A stretch of DNA of 50,782 nucleotides from Malacoraja senta (taxonomy: Eukaryota). The position numbers and the translations under genes are program-made. Positions 26,522-39,816 of this stretch are shown here, in pieces. The notes beneath the pieces are model-generated. The model was not told the origin of the DNA. It saw only the letters and a list, made by a program, of their open reading frames with translations, and did no database searches. Position 1 is the first letter of the stretch; each line of letters opens with the position of its first letter. The stretch is taken from assembly GCA_038087875.1 (NCBI GenBank), contig JAXLNO010000517.1:310001-360782 (forward strand). The letters are read 5' to 3'.

Positions 26522-28082
26522 TCAACAATAAAAATAGAGGTGGAGAGGCTTTTGAGAAGACAGAAAAGTCAGAAATCTCCAGGACCGGATAATGTTTCTT
26601 CCTCTACACTCAAGCTCTGTGCTGAACAACTGGCACCGGTCTACACAGACATTTTAACCAGTCCCTGCACACCTATATGGTCCCTGCCTGCTTCAAAGTC
26701 TCCACTATTGTCCCCGTACCCAAAAAGACAAGGATTACTGGTCTTAATGACTACAGGCCTGTTGCACTGACCTCTGAAGTCATGAAGACCCTTGAAAGGC
26801 TTGTGCAGGCCAAGCTGAAAAATATCGCAAAACACCTGCTGGACCCTCTGCAGTTTTCATATCGGACCAATAGATCTGTGGATGATGCAATCAACCTGGG
26901 GCTGCACTTCATCCTCCAGCACCTAGACCACAAGAGGACCTATGTGAGGATCCTGTTTGTTGATTTTAGCTCTGCATTCAACACCATTGGAGCTACTACA
27001 CTCCAAACTTTCCGAGTTGACTGTGCCTGAACCCCTCTGTCGTTGGATCACCAGCTTCCTGACAGACAGGAAGCAGCTTGTGAGGCTGGGAAAGCACATC
27101 TAGGGACCGATAAACCCTCTGTATAGGAGCACTGCAAGGCTGCGCACTCTCCCTCTCCTCTACTCTCTCTACACCAACGATTGCACCTCCATTGACTCCT
27201 CTTTCAAGTCTCTCAAGTTTGCGGATGACACAACCATGATTGGACTGATCCAGGATGGGGAGGAATCTGCCTACAGACAGGAAGTGTCACAGCTGGCATC
27301 CTGGTGCCATCGCAATAACCTGGAGCTCAATGCTCTTAAGACAGTGGAATTGATTGTAGACTTTAGGAGAGCTTCCCCTCTCCTCCCCTCCCCCACACTC
27401 ACCATCAACACACCACATCTGTGGAGTCTTTTAAGTTCCTGGGAACCATCGTCTCCAAGGACCTTAAGAGGGGGGGCTACCATCGACTCCACAGTGAAAA
27501 AGGCACAACAGAGGATGTACTTCCTACGGCAGCTGATGAAGCAACTCTGCCACAGGCAATGGTGGTCCAAATTTATACGGCCATCGTAGAGTCTGTCCTC
27601 ACCTTCTCCATCATGATCTGGTTTGGCTCAGGCCACCAAGCACGACACCTGGAGCCTTCAGCGAATCGTCCAATCAGCAGAGAGGGTTATTGACTGCAAC
27701 CTTCCCTCCATTGATGACTGTACACTGCAAAGGCCAGGAAGTGAGCTGGTAAGATTATCTCTGACCCTTCTCACCAAGACCACAAACTCTTTGAATCACT
27801 TCCCTCTGGAAGGCGACTCCGGACTGTCAAAGCTGCCACATATAAAAACAGTTTTTATCCACGGGCAGTTGCTCCACTCAATAACCAAAAATCTGTAGCC
27901 TCCTTTTGCTCTGGTATTTTATTTAATTCATGTTTAATCAATAATGTTTTATTATCAATGTTTAATGTTTTATGTATCACTCTTAACTGTCACTATATGT
28001 CATGTTGTCACTTGTGGGCGGAGCACCAAGCAAATTATTTGTATGTGAATACTTGGCCAATAAAATTATTCATTCATTCATC
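26522..28082 (+). mobile_element. Rex1/Babar-clade LINE, 5'-truncated and frameshifted
   Basis: [28 protein letters not shown] and KFADD motifs; AATAAA plus (ATTC)n tail. Confidence 0.9.
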
Positions 28083-28739
28083 GTGTTAATACGATGTTAA
28101 TAGAGACATTTAACAAGCGCTGAACAGTGACATCCCCACTGTCTCGCCTAAAGTGGAGATTTTAATCGTTTTTTCACCGAATTTCAAAATCGGATTACAA
28201 AGCATGGGGGGGGGGGGGAGGGGGGAGGGGGGGTTTCCACCACCCCTCAAAACATGGGGGGGACGTGTCCCCCCCAGTATTGCCGTCCATGGCCGTATGG
28301 CGTCATTGTGTTATACAACAGGGAAGCAGACCCTTCGGCCCAAGTCGCCCAGGCTGAACAAGATGCGCCATCTAAGCTAGATGGCGCAGAAATCCTGGGG
28401 GGGATGGGTCCCCTCCTTGTTTTCAGAGCAGGGGGACAATCGCCCCCCATGTTTTGTGAAACATGTATTTTACTATCCATTCCCATCCGACCACGCGCTG
28501 CGGTATCGCGATCACATGCATGGTCAGCTAGCTCAGACTCTGAAAAGAATTAGACCTCTATGCTGCCCACTTACATTTGCCTTCCTTACAATATTCATAG
28601 ACTCCACTTGTTGAATAGCCTCATTCAGTGTTACAACCATTATACGAGTGTGCAGGAAGGAACTGCAGATGCTGGTATATACCAAAGATAGACACAAAGT
28701 GCTGCAGTAACTCAGATGCGTAACAAAGTGAAACATAAC

Positions 28740-28860
28740 TGGGGGTAACAGGTGCAGAGGGCGGCAAAACGGCCGGTGGACGCCCTCTACGCCGCGGAGT
28801 GGCCACTGTCACCGGGCTATCCTCGTCGACATGTGCTGGCTTAAGGCGGCTCACAGAGAC
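28740..28860 (-). mobile_element. Gypsy integrase C-terminal remnant
   Basis: VSVSRLKPAHVD...PRRRGRPP is typical of the end of pol in this clade; same strand as the Gypsy at 36.8-39.3 kb. Confidence 0.7.
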
Positions 28861-29100
28861 ATAGAAACATAGAAAATAGGTGCAGGAGTAGGCCATTCGG
28901 CCCTTAGAGCCTGCACCGCCATTCAATATGATCATGGCTGATCATCCAACTCAATATCCTGTACCTGCCTTCTCTCCATACCCCCTGATCCCTTTAGCCA
29001 CAAGGGCCACATCCAACTCCCTCTTAAATATAGCCAATGAACTGGCCTCAACTACCTTTTGTGGCAGAGATTCACCACTCTCTGTGTGAAAAATGTTTTT

Positions 29101-32100
29101 GCTCACCTAAAATCTTTGAAAAGCGACATAATTTACTTGCAAGAAACCCACATGAAACAGCAAACACAAATGAGATTAAAGGCGAAGTGGATAGGTCAAA
29201 CATATTATTCGTCATTCACTTCTAAATCTAGAGGTATGGCTATTCTTATTCGAAAAGGTATACGTTTTAAATTAAAGAATACTATATCAGATAAAGAGGG
29301 AAGGTATATCATAGTTTCGGGAGAAATTTATGCTACCCCAATAACCATATAACCATATAACCATATAACTCTAACAGCACGGAAACAGGCCATCTCGGCC
29401 CTTCAAGTCCGTGCCGAACATTTAAAAAAAAAAAAAAAAAAAAAATACTTCCCCCTAGTCCCATCTACCTGCACTCAGACCATAACCCTCCATTCCTTTC
29501 CCGTCCATATACCCATCCAATCTATTTTTAAAGGATAACATCGAACCTGCCTCCACCACTTCCGCTGGAAGCTCATTCCACACAGCTACCACTCTCTGAG
29601 TAAAGAAGTTCCCCCTAATGTTCCCCCTAAACTTCTGCCCTTAATTCTCAAGTCATGTCCCCTTGTTTGAATCTTCCCTACTCTCAATGGGAAAAGCTTA
29701 TCCACGTCCACTCTGTCTAACCCGCTCATAATTTTAAAGATCTCTATCAAGTCCCCTCTTAACCTTCTGCGCTCCAAAGAATAAAGACCTAACTTGTTCA
29801 ACCTTTCTCTGTAACTTAGTTGCTGAAACCCAGGCAACATCCTAGTAAATCTCCTCTGTACTCTCTCTATTTTGTTGACATCCTTCCTATAATTAGGCGA
29901 CCAAAATTGTACTCCATACTCCAGAATTGGCCTCACCAATGCCTTGTACAATTTTAACATTACATCCCAACTTCTATATTCAATGCTCTGATTTATAAGG
30001 GCCAGCACACCAAAAGCTTTCTTTACCACCCTATCTACATGAGATTCCACCTTCAGGGAACTATGCACAGTTATTCCTAGATCCTTCAACTGCATTCCTC
30101 AATTCGCTACCATTTACCATGTACGTCCTATTTTGATTTGTCCTGCCGAGATGTAGCACCTCACATTTGTCAGCATTAAACTCCATCTGCCATCTTTCAG
30201 CCCACTCTTCCAAATGGCCTAAATCTCTCTGTAGACTTTGAAAATGTACTTCATTATCCACAACACCACCTATCTTAGTATCATCTGCATACTTACTAAT
30301 CCAATTTTCCACACCATCATCCAGATCATTGATGTACATGACAAACAACAGTGGACCCAACACAGACCCCTGAGGCACCCCACTAGTCACCGGCCTCCAA
30401 CCTGACAAACACCCATCCACCATTACTCTCTGGCATCTCCCATTCAGCCACTGTTGAATCCATCTTGCTACTCCACCATTAATACCCAACAATTGAATCT
30501 TCTTAACCAACCTTCCATGAGGAACCTTGTCAAAGGCCTTACTGAAGTCCATATAGACAACATCCACTGCTTTACCCTCATCAGTTTCCCTAGTAACCAC
30601 TTCGAAAAATTCAAGAAGATTAGTCAAGCATGACCTTCCAGGCACAAATCCATGTTGACTGTTCCTAATCAGACCCTGCTTATCCAGATGCTTATATATA
30701 TTTTCTTTAAGTATCCTTTCCATTAATTTGCCCACCACTGACGTCAAACTAACAGGTCTATAATTGCTAGGTTTACTCTTCGAACCCTTTTTAAACAACG
30801 GAACAACATGCGCAGTACGCCAATCCTCCGGCACTATTGCCGTTTATCAATAACTATGATAAATATTTACGCTCCGAATTTTGATAACCCTAAATTTGTT
30901 GATAAAATTATAGATATAATATTAGAGTTTAATTATCAAAATGTGATAATAGGGGGAGGATTTCAACTGTGTTTTAGATCCATATTTAGACAAATCAGTA
31001 AAACAAAGAAGGAGTAATTTAAAATCTAAGACTAGTGAACTTCTAAATACATATATAAAAAATACTAATATAACAGATGTATGGAGATCTGCTAATCCAG
31101 TAGGAAGGGAATATTCGTTTTACTCTTCGGTACATAAAACATATTCAAGAATCGATTATTTTTTAGTGGATATGAAATTAATGCCATATACAATTAATCC
31201 AACATACGTAGTATTTCTGATCACTCTCCGTTGACTTTTTCAGTAGAATTTGAGGGAATGCCGGGTAAAAACTTTTTTTGGAGGTTTAATACATATATTT
31301 TAAATGACTTACAATGTTTTCAATACTTAAAACAACAAATGAAATAATTTTTTTAGATAAATGATACACCAGGTACCTCACCTTCTTTACTATGGGAAAC
31401 TTTTAAAGCATTTATTAGAGGAATTATAATTTCATACGACATTTTTCAAAATAAAAAGAATAAAACAGAACAAATGTTGTTAGAACAAGAAATAAGACAG
31501 TTAGAGTTAGATAATGCTAAAGATTCCACTATAGATAAACATAATAAGATAATATTACTGAAATTTAAACTTAATCGAATTCTCTCGGCAAGAGTAATAA
31601 GATTATTCCAAATTACAAAACAGGAACATTTTGAGTTTGGTGACAAACCACATAAGCTGTTAGCTCGTCAACTGAAAAAACAAGAAAAAGAAAATACTAT
31701 AAATAAAATTAAATCAGAGAATGGTGAATTACTAATACTACCTAAAGATATTAATAAAAGATTTGCTCAAGTTTATCAAAATTTATATACATCAAAAACT
31801 AAAATAGAAGATAGTAAAAAAATTTTTTTTTAGATAATTGTTATCTTCCAAAACTTGGCCTTTTGGAACAAGAGGAACTCGGAGCGGAAATTACAATTGA
31901 AGAAATAGGTGAAACAATAAAATCGTTGAAAAATGGTAAGACCAGACGGTTTTAGTAATGAATTTTATTAAAAAATTCATGAGATAACGACTCCCTATTT
32001 ATATAATTTATATACTCACGCTTTTAAAGAAAATAAACTACCTGAAACATTAGCAGAATCAACTATCACGCTTATTCCAAAGAAAGATAAAGATCTAGAG

Positions 32101-34614
32101 GACCCGGGCTCATATAGAGCTATATCACTTTTAAATACAGATCAGAACATTTTAGCAAAGACTTTAGCCAGAAGACTAAGCAAATATATTAGTAAATTGA
32201 TAAACCCTGATCAAACGGGGTTTATACCCAAAAGATATTCATTTAATAATTTTGAGACGCCTGTTTAATATAATGTACTCACATAAAGTGGAGGAAGAAG
32301 ACATATCAATTATTTCTTTGGACGCAGAGAAAGCATTTGATCAGGTAGAATGGCAGTATTTATACAAAGTATTACAAAAATTTAATACGGGAGAGAATTT
32401 TATTACATGGGTGAAATTATTATATGATAAACCGATGGCAAGAATATTAACTAATAGTATGTTATCTCAAAATTTTCAATTATCAAGGGGTAATAGGCAG
32501 GGATGTGCTTTATCACCCCTGCTATTTGCCCTTATGATAGAACCTTTGGCTGAAAGTATAAGAAGTCATCCGAATATTCAGGGTTATAATACTAGGGACA
32601 CAAATAATAAAATTTCATTATATGCAGACGATATTCTGTTATATATAACAAACTCACAAACGAGCATACCAAATTTATTAAACTTAATATAGGAATTTGG
32701 GTCCTTTTCTGGATATAGAATAAATTGGAACAAAAGTGAAATCATGACGTTAAAACCTCAAGAATCTACACACTTACTGAAGTTCCCCTTTAAAATAGCA
32801 ACAGAAAAATTTAAATATCTGGGTATTCAGATTACTAGAAAACATAAAGCTTTATTCAATGTCAATTTTATACCTTTAATAAATAAACTTAATATAATGA
32901 TTAAATTTTGGAATTTATAGGTAGAATAAACGCTATAAAAATGATCTTTCTACCACAGTTATTATACCTATTTCAGTCTATACCAGTATATGTACCAAAA
33001 TATTTTTTTTCTAAATTAAACTCTAATATTACTAATTTTGTCTGGGACTATAAATCACATGGAATAAAAAAAGAACACTTATGTAAACCAAAAGATGTCG
33101 GGAGACTTTCACTCACGGATTTTCTGTATTACTATTGGGCAATACATATTAAGAATATAATTAATTGGTTGGATAGTTCTACCCAACAGACAGAATGGAT
33201 AAAAATGGGGAAAGAGGATTGTTTCCCTTGTAATATAGGAACGATCCTCTTCTCCCTGAAAAAAATGAACAATACAATATATAAGAAGAACCCAATTATA
33301 CAGGATACAATAAGAATATGGAAACAAATATAATTATCCTTAAAATTAAGAAACCAATCATTGTTAACACCAATAGCGAATAATCCTTTATTTAAACCAT
33401 CTCTTATGGACAAAATATATAATCAATGGGAAAGGTTAGGAACTAAAAGGATCGGGGACATGTATGAAATGGGAGATTTACTATCATTTCAACAATTACA
33501 ATTAAAATTTAAATTGAAAAACAATCATTATTTTAAATATTTTCAGATTTGCAATTTCTTGAAGACATACATACAAGGGTATCAAAAAATAATTCCTGAT
33601 TTATTGGAAGAAGTAATGAATATTAAAGCTGATAAACAAAAATTAATATCATATTTATATAATAGTATTTTAAATATAGATTTACCAGCGACAGATGTAA
33701 TTAGAGAAGAGTGGGAACGGGAATTAATGATAAAAATTACGAAGGTTACATGGGAAAAATATTTGACATACATTCACAAATGTTCGATTAATGCAAGTCA
33801 TAATCTAATTCAATTTAAAATTTTACATAGATTATATTACTCAAAAACAAGATTAAATAAATTTTACCCAAATATATCCCCCACTTGCGATAAATGTTTA
33901 ACCCAAGATGCAACTATAACACACTCTTTTGTTTCCTGTATAAAACTTTATAGATTTTGGAGTGATATTTTCGAAATATTCACAAGATTATTTAAGATAA
34001 AAATGGAACCTAATAATGAATTGATTATATTTGGGGTAATGGAAGATGGGAATAAACTGAATCCATCTCAAAAATTATTTTTTTAATTATGGTTTAAAAA
34101 TAGCAAAAAAATTAATACTTACATTTTGGACAAATACACCAATACCAACGCTCAAAATGTGGATTGCAAGTATGTTGGACACCGCACATCTTGAGGAAAT
34201 GCGATTCCTAATAGATAAATTTGACCAATTCACAACGAGTTGGTCTCCATTTGTCGTCATTTTGGAATCATATGGTGCAACACAATTGTAAAAGCTAACT
34301 CGTGACTGGGCGAGGGATGGTCAAGATTATAAATAAGATCTCCTTACTTCTTTTTTTTTTTTCTTCCCTTTTCTTCTTTTATTCTCTTTTTCCTATTTTC
34401 TATTCTTTAACTTTCTTCTTTCACTTTCTATTTTTCTTTTTCACACACTATATATCTCACATTTTTCTATACTTCATTATCTAACTTCTTTTTCTTTTTC
34501 TTGTTTATTATAGATTTAAAAAAAGAAGCTGTACATTAAATGTATTATGAAAATATGATTGTATACAATTGTACTTACTTCTAATAAAATTAAAATATTT
34601 AAAAAATAAAAAAT
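29101..34614 (+). mobile_element. L1 LINE, almost complete ORF2 (EN, RT, Cys-rich), decayed; TSD aaatgttttt
   Basis: YLQETH, NIYAPN, SRIDY, SDH, LDAEKAFD, RQGCALSP, YADD and CDKC...HSFVSC motifs; stops and frameshifts. TSD at 29091-29100 and 34615-34624. Confidence 0.95.
29346..30847 (-). mobile_element. CR1 LINE family B, 5'-truncated, inserted in the L1 endonuclease; TSD caataac
   Basis: RT with NYRPVSLTS and YADD; (TTATATGG)n tail. TSD at 29339-29345 and 30848-30854; removal restores L1 YATPITMINIYAP. Confidence 0.95.
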
Positions 34615-37600
34615 AAATGTTTTTCTCATCTCGGTCCTAAAGGACTTCCCCTTTATCCTTAAACTGTGACCCCTTGTCCTGGACTTCCCCAACATCGGGA
34701 ACAATCTTCCTGCATCTAGCCTGTCCAACCCCTTAAGAATTTTGTAAGTTTCTATAAGATCCCCCCTCAATCTTCTAAATTCTATCGAGTACAAGCCGAG
34801 TCTATCCACTCTTTCTTCATATGAAAGTCCTGCCATCCCAGGAATCAGTCTGGTGAACCTTCTCTGTACTCCCTCTATGGCAAGAATGTCTTTCCTAAGA
34901 TTTGGAGACCAAAACTGTAGGCAATACTCCAGGTGTGGTCTCACCAAGGCCCTGTACAACTGCAGTAGAACCTCCCTGCTCCTATATTCAAATCCTTTTG
35001 CTATGAATGCTAACATACCATTCACTTTCTTCACTGCCTGCTGCACCTGCATGCCTACTTTCAATGACTGGTGTACCATGACACCCAGGTCTCGTTGCAT
35101 CTCCCCTTTTCCTAATTGGCCACCATTTAGATAATAGTCTACTTTCCTCACATTTATCCTCATTATACTGCATCTGCCATGCATTTGCCCACTCACCCAG
35201 CCTATCCAAGTCACCTTGCAGCCTCCTAGCATCCTACTCACAGCTAACACTGCCCCCCAGCTTCGTGCCATCCACAAACTTGGAGATGTTGCATTCAGTA
35301 CCCTTGTCGAAATCATTTATATATATTGTAAATAGCTGGGGTCCCAGCACTGAGCCTTGCGGTACCCCACTAGTCACTAGGACCCGTTTATTCCTACTCT
35401 TTGCTTCCTGTTTGCCAGCAAGTTCTCTATCCACATCAATACTGAACCCCCAATACCGTGTGCTTTAAATTTGTATACTAATCTCTTATGTGGGACCTTG
35501 TCGAAAGCCTTCTGAAAGTCCAGATATAACACATCCACTGGTTCTCCCTTATCCACTCTACTAGTTACATCCTCGAAAAATTCTATAAGATTCGTCAGAC
35601 ATGATGTACCTTTTGTAAATCCATGCTGACTTTGTCCAATGATTTCACCACTTTCCAAATGTGCTGCTATCCCATCTTTAATAACTGACTCTAGCTGTTT
35701 CCCCACTACCGATGTTAGACTAACTGGTCTGTAATTCCGTTTTCTCTCTCGCTCCCTTTTTAAAAAGTGGGGTTACATTAGCTACCCTCCAATCCTCAGG
35801 AACTACTCCAGAATCTAAGGAGTTTTGAAAAATTATCACTAATGCATCCACTATTTCTGGGGCTTCTTCCTTATGTACTCTGGGATGCAGCCTATCTGGC
35901 CCTGAGGATTTATCGGCCGTTAATCCATTCAATTTACCTAACACCACTTCCCGGCTAAACTGGATTTCACTCAGTCCTCCATCTCATTTGACTAGCGGTC
36001 CCCTGCTATTTCCGGCAGATTATTTATGTCTTCCTCAGTGAAGACAGAACCAAAGTAGTTATTCAATTGGTCTGTCCATGTCCTTGTTCCCCATGATCAA
36101 TTCACCTGTTTCTGACTGCAAGGGACCTACATTTGTTTTAACTAATCTCTTTCTCTTCACATATCTATAAAATCTTTTACAGTCAGTTTTTATGTTCCCT
36201 GCCAGTTTTCTTTCATAATCTATTTTCCCTTTCCTATTTAACCCTTTGTCCTCCTCTGATGGACTCTGAATTTCTCCGAGTCCTCTGGCAGGCTGCTTTT
36301 TCTGGCTAATTTTTACGCTTCATCTTTTGTTTTGATACTGTCCCTGATTTCCCTGATTTCCCTTCTAATCCACGGATGCACTACCTTCCTTGATTTATTC
36401 TTTTGCCAAACTGGGATGAACAATTGTTGTAGTTCATCCATGCAGTCTTTAAATGCCTTCCATTGCATATCCACCGTCAACCCTTTAAGAATCAATTGCC
36501 AGTCAATCTTGGCCAATTCACGTTTCATACCCTCAAAGTTACCTTTCTTTAAGTTCAGAACACTTGTTTCTGAATTAACAATGTCACTCTCCATCCTAAT
36601 GAAGAACTCAACCATATTATGGTCACTCTTGCCCAAGGGGCCACGCACAACAAGACTGCTAACTAACCCTTCCTCATTACTCAATACCCAGTCTAGAATA
36701 GCCTGCTCTCTCGTTCGTTCCTGTACATGTTGGTTTAGAAAACTATCCCTCATATATTCCAAGAAATCCTCTTCCTCAGCGCTGTATTTAACTTCGGGGG
36801 CTCGCAGCTGTCTGCTGAAAAATTCCAGCGGCACCCAGCGACTACCTACACGTTGCACGAGGACAGCGCCTATTGCGATGTCGGAAGCGTCCATGGTGAG
36901 GGCCGTTTGGGCTGACGTTTGGGTGACGTTTGGGTGTTCTAGCATAGTGGCATTGGCCAATGCAGTCTTAGCCCCCTCCAATGCCTTCTGTGCCTCCTTG
37001 GACCAGACCAGGTCCTTAGGCTTACCGGCCAGGCATTGGAACAATGGCCGCATGATGGCGGCTGCTGACAGGACGAATCGGTGGTAGAAATTAACCATCC
37101 CGATAAACTCATGTAGACCCTTGACCGATAGGGGCCTCGGGAAGCGACAGATAGCGTCGACCTTCTCGGCCAGCGGCTGCGCGCCGTGGGTGGTGATTCT
37201 GTGACCCAAGAATGAAATGGAACGCAATCCGAACTGGCACTTCGCGGGGTTGATCACCAACCCGTGTTTGCGTAGCTGTTCGAAAAGTAAGCGGAGGTGC
37301 CTGACGTGCTCTGCCTGCGAGCTGCTGGCCACCAGAATATCATCGAGGTAGATGAAAATAAACGGCAAACCCCGACCGACCTGATCCATTAACCTTTGGA
37401 ACGACTGGGCTGCGTTCTTCAGGGCAAAAGGCATTCGAAGCCATTCGAAAAGGCCGAAAGGGGTGATGGTGGCCGTCTTAGGGACGTCGTCGGGATGGAC
37501 CGGAATTTGATTATACCCATGAATGAGGTCGACCTTCGAGAAAAAGTTTGCTCCTTCCAGATGAGCCGAGAAATCCTGGATGTTCGGGACTGGATACCGA

Positions 37601-39055
37601 TCTGCTGTAGTTACGCTTGTAATCACCGTAAGTTCTCCAAACCCCGGACGCTTTGGGTACCATGTGTAACGGGGAAGCCCAAGGGCTATCCGACCACCGG
37701 ACAATTCCCATGTCCTCCATAAGCTGGAACTCGTCTCGTGCGATGCACAGTTTATCGGGCGGGAGGCGGCACGCGCGGGCGTGTACCGGTGGACCCTCGG
37801 TGGGAAAATGGTGGATCACGCCATGACGGGGTGCGGCCCCATCGAACCGGGACGTGAGCAACCCCGGGAAGTCAGCGAGCCGGGCTGCGAAAGGTTGCTG
37901 GATCTCAGCTACCTCGTCGAGGTGCTCTAGGGGCGTGGACGGAAAGCGCGGCTTGGGAGGGCACAGGTCCGACACAGGGACCATGCGTCCGCCTCGCACA
38001 TCGACTAACAGGGAGGACGCGTGCAAAAAATTGACCCCTAGAATCGGTTTGGCGATGTCAGCAACGATAAACTTCCACCTGTATGGGCGGGAGTCGAAAT
38101 TTAAGTCCATGGTCCGCGTACTGTAAGTGCCAATGTCGCTCCCGTTAGTAGCAAAGAGGACGGGTCCTACCTTTCCATCGCGAATATCTCAGGCACTCGG
38201 AGGCAGGAAGCTGGCATGGGCACCGGAGTCCACCAGGAAATGGTGGCCGGAATGGCGATCGCGGACGTAGGGGCGTTCGTTTGGGCCGATCGCGTTCGCC
38301 TCAATGGACGATCGGCCGAGGCATTTCCCGGGTACGAGCAGGGGCTCCAGCATCTTCGGGCTTCGGATCCATATCGTTGGTGGTAGCAACACCAGCGACG
38401 TTGACTGTAGACCACTGGCCGCGGGACTCTTCTTCAGCGCTGGGCTGGGCTTCTTCTTCTTACCGATAACATCTCGGTTGCACCCGCACCGTGACCAGGG
38501 GGGGGGGGTGAAAAGCAAACACGTCCTGCCATCTGTGTGCCCACAATTCGTCGCCTCTCTCCATGAGTTGTTGGGGGTTGCTGAAATCAGCTGCGGCGAG
38601 CAACAGTTGGACTTCGCCAGGCATCTCCTCCAGGAACGCCTGTTCGAAGAGCAGACTTGGGCGGTGCCCATCCATCAGGGCTAACATCTTCGCCATGATG
38701 GTGGATGGCCACCGGTCGTCCATGTCCAGTAGCTTCGCTGCCCTGTCTCTGCGGCTGAGACCGTAAGTGTGGAGCAGCAGGGTCTTCAGCCCTTCATATT
38801 TGGCGATGGACGGCGGGTCCCTAATGTAGGGCAACAACCTCGAGGCACAGTCCTGCGGCAAAGCCCCCACCACATGGAAATACCTTGTGTCGTCCGTGTC
38901 GATGCGATGGAGGTGGAAACTGTGTCTCAACACCTGAGGTTGATCAGGCCAAAAGGCTGGCAATTTGAAGGCCGGTGAGCCGTGCCACGTGCTGGCTGAT
39001 TCTGCAGGAACGTTGTCTTCCTGCATAATTCTCTTGTCTAACGACGGTGAGACAG

Positions 39056-39068
39056 GTCGGGGTCACCA
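39056..39068 (-). other. Primer-binding site complementary to tRNA-Trp 3' end
   Basis: TGGTGACCCCGAC, 1 nt downstream of the LTR; same start as the classical tRNA-Trp PBS. Confidence 0.85.
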
Positions 39069-39069
39069 A

Positions 39070-39291
39070 TTTGGCGGTCTCAAGAACGACAACTGAAGTT
39101 TTAAACTTTTTTCGGACAATTCACTCTTCAGTAAACAGGTTCTCTAGACACGTCTGGCCACATCGCTGGTCAGCGCTGAACTCACGCGCCAAAGCAAAAC
39201 CGCTCGAAAACAAGCAGCCCCTCCCAAGTCACGTGACCGCGTCTTCCGAATGCCGGGATCGATACCTGCGTTCGCAGCAGGCGTCGCTACA
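39070..39291 (-). repeat. Gypsy 5' LTR (~222 bp)
   Basis: Begins TGTAGCG, ends CGCCAAA next to the PBS; homologous to 44375-44553. Confidence 0.85.
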
Positions 39292-39551
39292 ATAGAATGC
39301 ATATGGTCCATAGACCTTTCATTGCGCATTGTCGCTCATTTTATATGCAGTTTCCTTTTTTAATTGTTTTTTTTAAAAGAAGCACCTTATTTATTATAAA
39401 CAAAGATCATAATGGTCGCATCATAGACCAAGATAAACTGCAAAATCCAATGAACTGATGTGGATTAAACTGCGAGGGGCAGAACGGAAGTCGGGGTCAT
39501 ATTCCTAAAATGGCGGAGTGGCGTTCCAATGCGTACTGCACGTCAGTCCAT

Positions 39552-39816
39552 TGGTCTATCTTGCTCCTCTAGTATCTTTGCTTGCTTGTGGAAGACAATG
39601 CAGTTGTGACGTCATTTACGGGCTGAGGCCCCGCGCTGCACGCGCTTCCGTCTAGTCTCCCCATGGGAGGGTGAACGCTCCACTCGCCCTCGCGCGCTCT
39701 CTCTTCCCACGCGGGGTGAGCCGAGCGCCGGTGGTCCTCCAGGCAGGGGCGGGGGCGGGGGAGGTCGAGGGCGGGGTGAGCCGTCAGCAAAGATACTAGA
39801 GGAGCAAGATAGACCA
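39552..39816. repeat. Perfect 31-bp inverted repeat flanking a GC-rich core
   Basis: tggtctatcttgctcctctagtatctttgct (39552-39582) and its exact reverse complement (39786-39816). Confidence 0.95.

Larger units (their letters stand above)
28861..36780 (-). mobile_element. CR1 LINE family A (pieces 28861-29100 and 34615-36780), interrupted by L1
   Basis: EN C-terminal SDHN, QHGF, YLDFQKAFDKVPH and [10 protein letters not shown] motifs; (TTTCTATG)n tail. The sequence is continuous across the L1. Confidence 0.92.
36781..39291 (-). mobile_element. Ty3/Gypsy LTR retrotransposon 5' half (LTR, PBS, gag, protease, RT, partial RNase H), frameshifted
   Basis: gag KLPAFW... and WCCYHQRYG..A..C..PC; protease FLVDSGA; RT TPFGLFEWLRMPF and YLDD; RNase H LTMDAS. 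Confidence 0.95.

Noticed and set aside
28530..28645. Possible minus-strand exon (VVTLNEAIQQVESMNIVRKAN|gtaagt)
   Set aside because: Good donor site but no clear acceptor or recognisable homology; flanked by repeats
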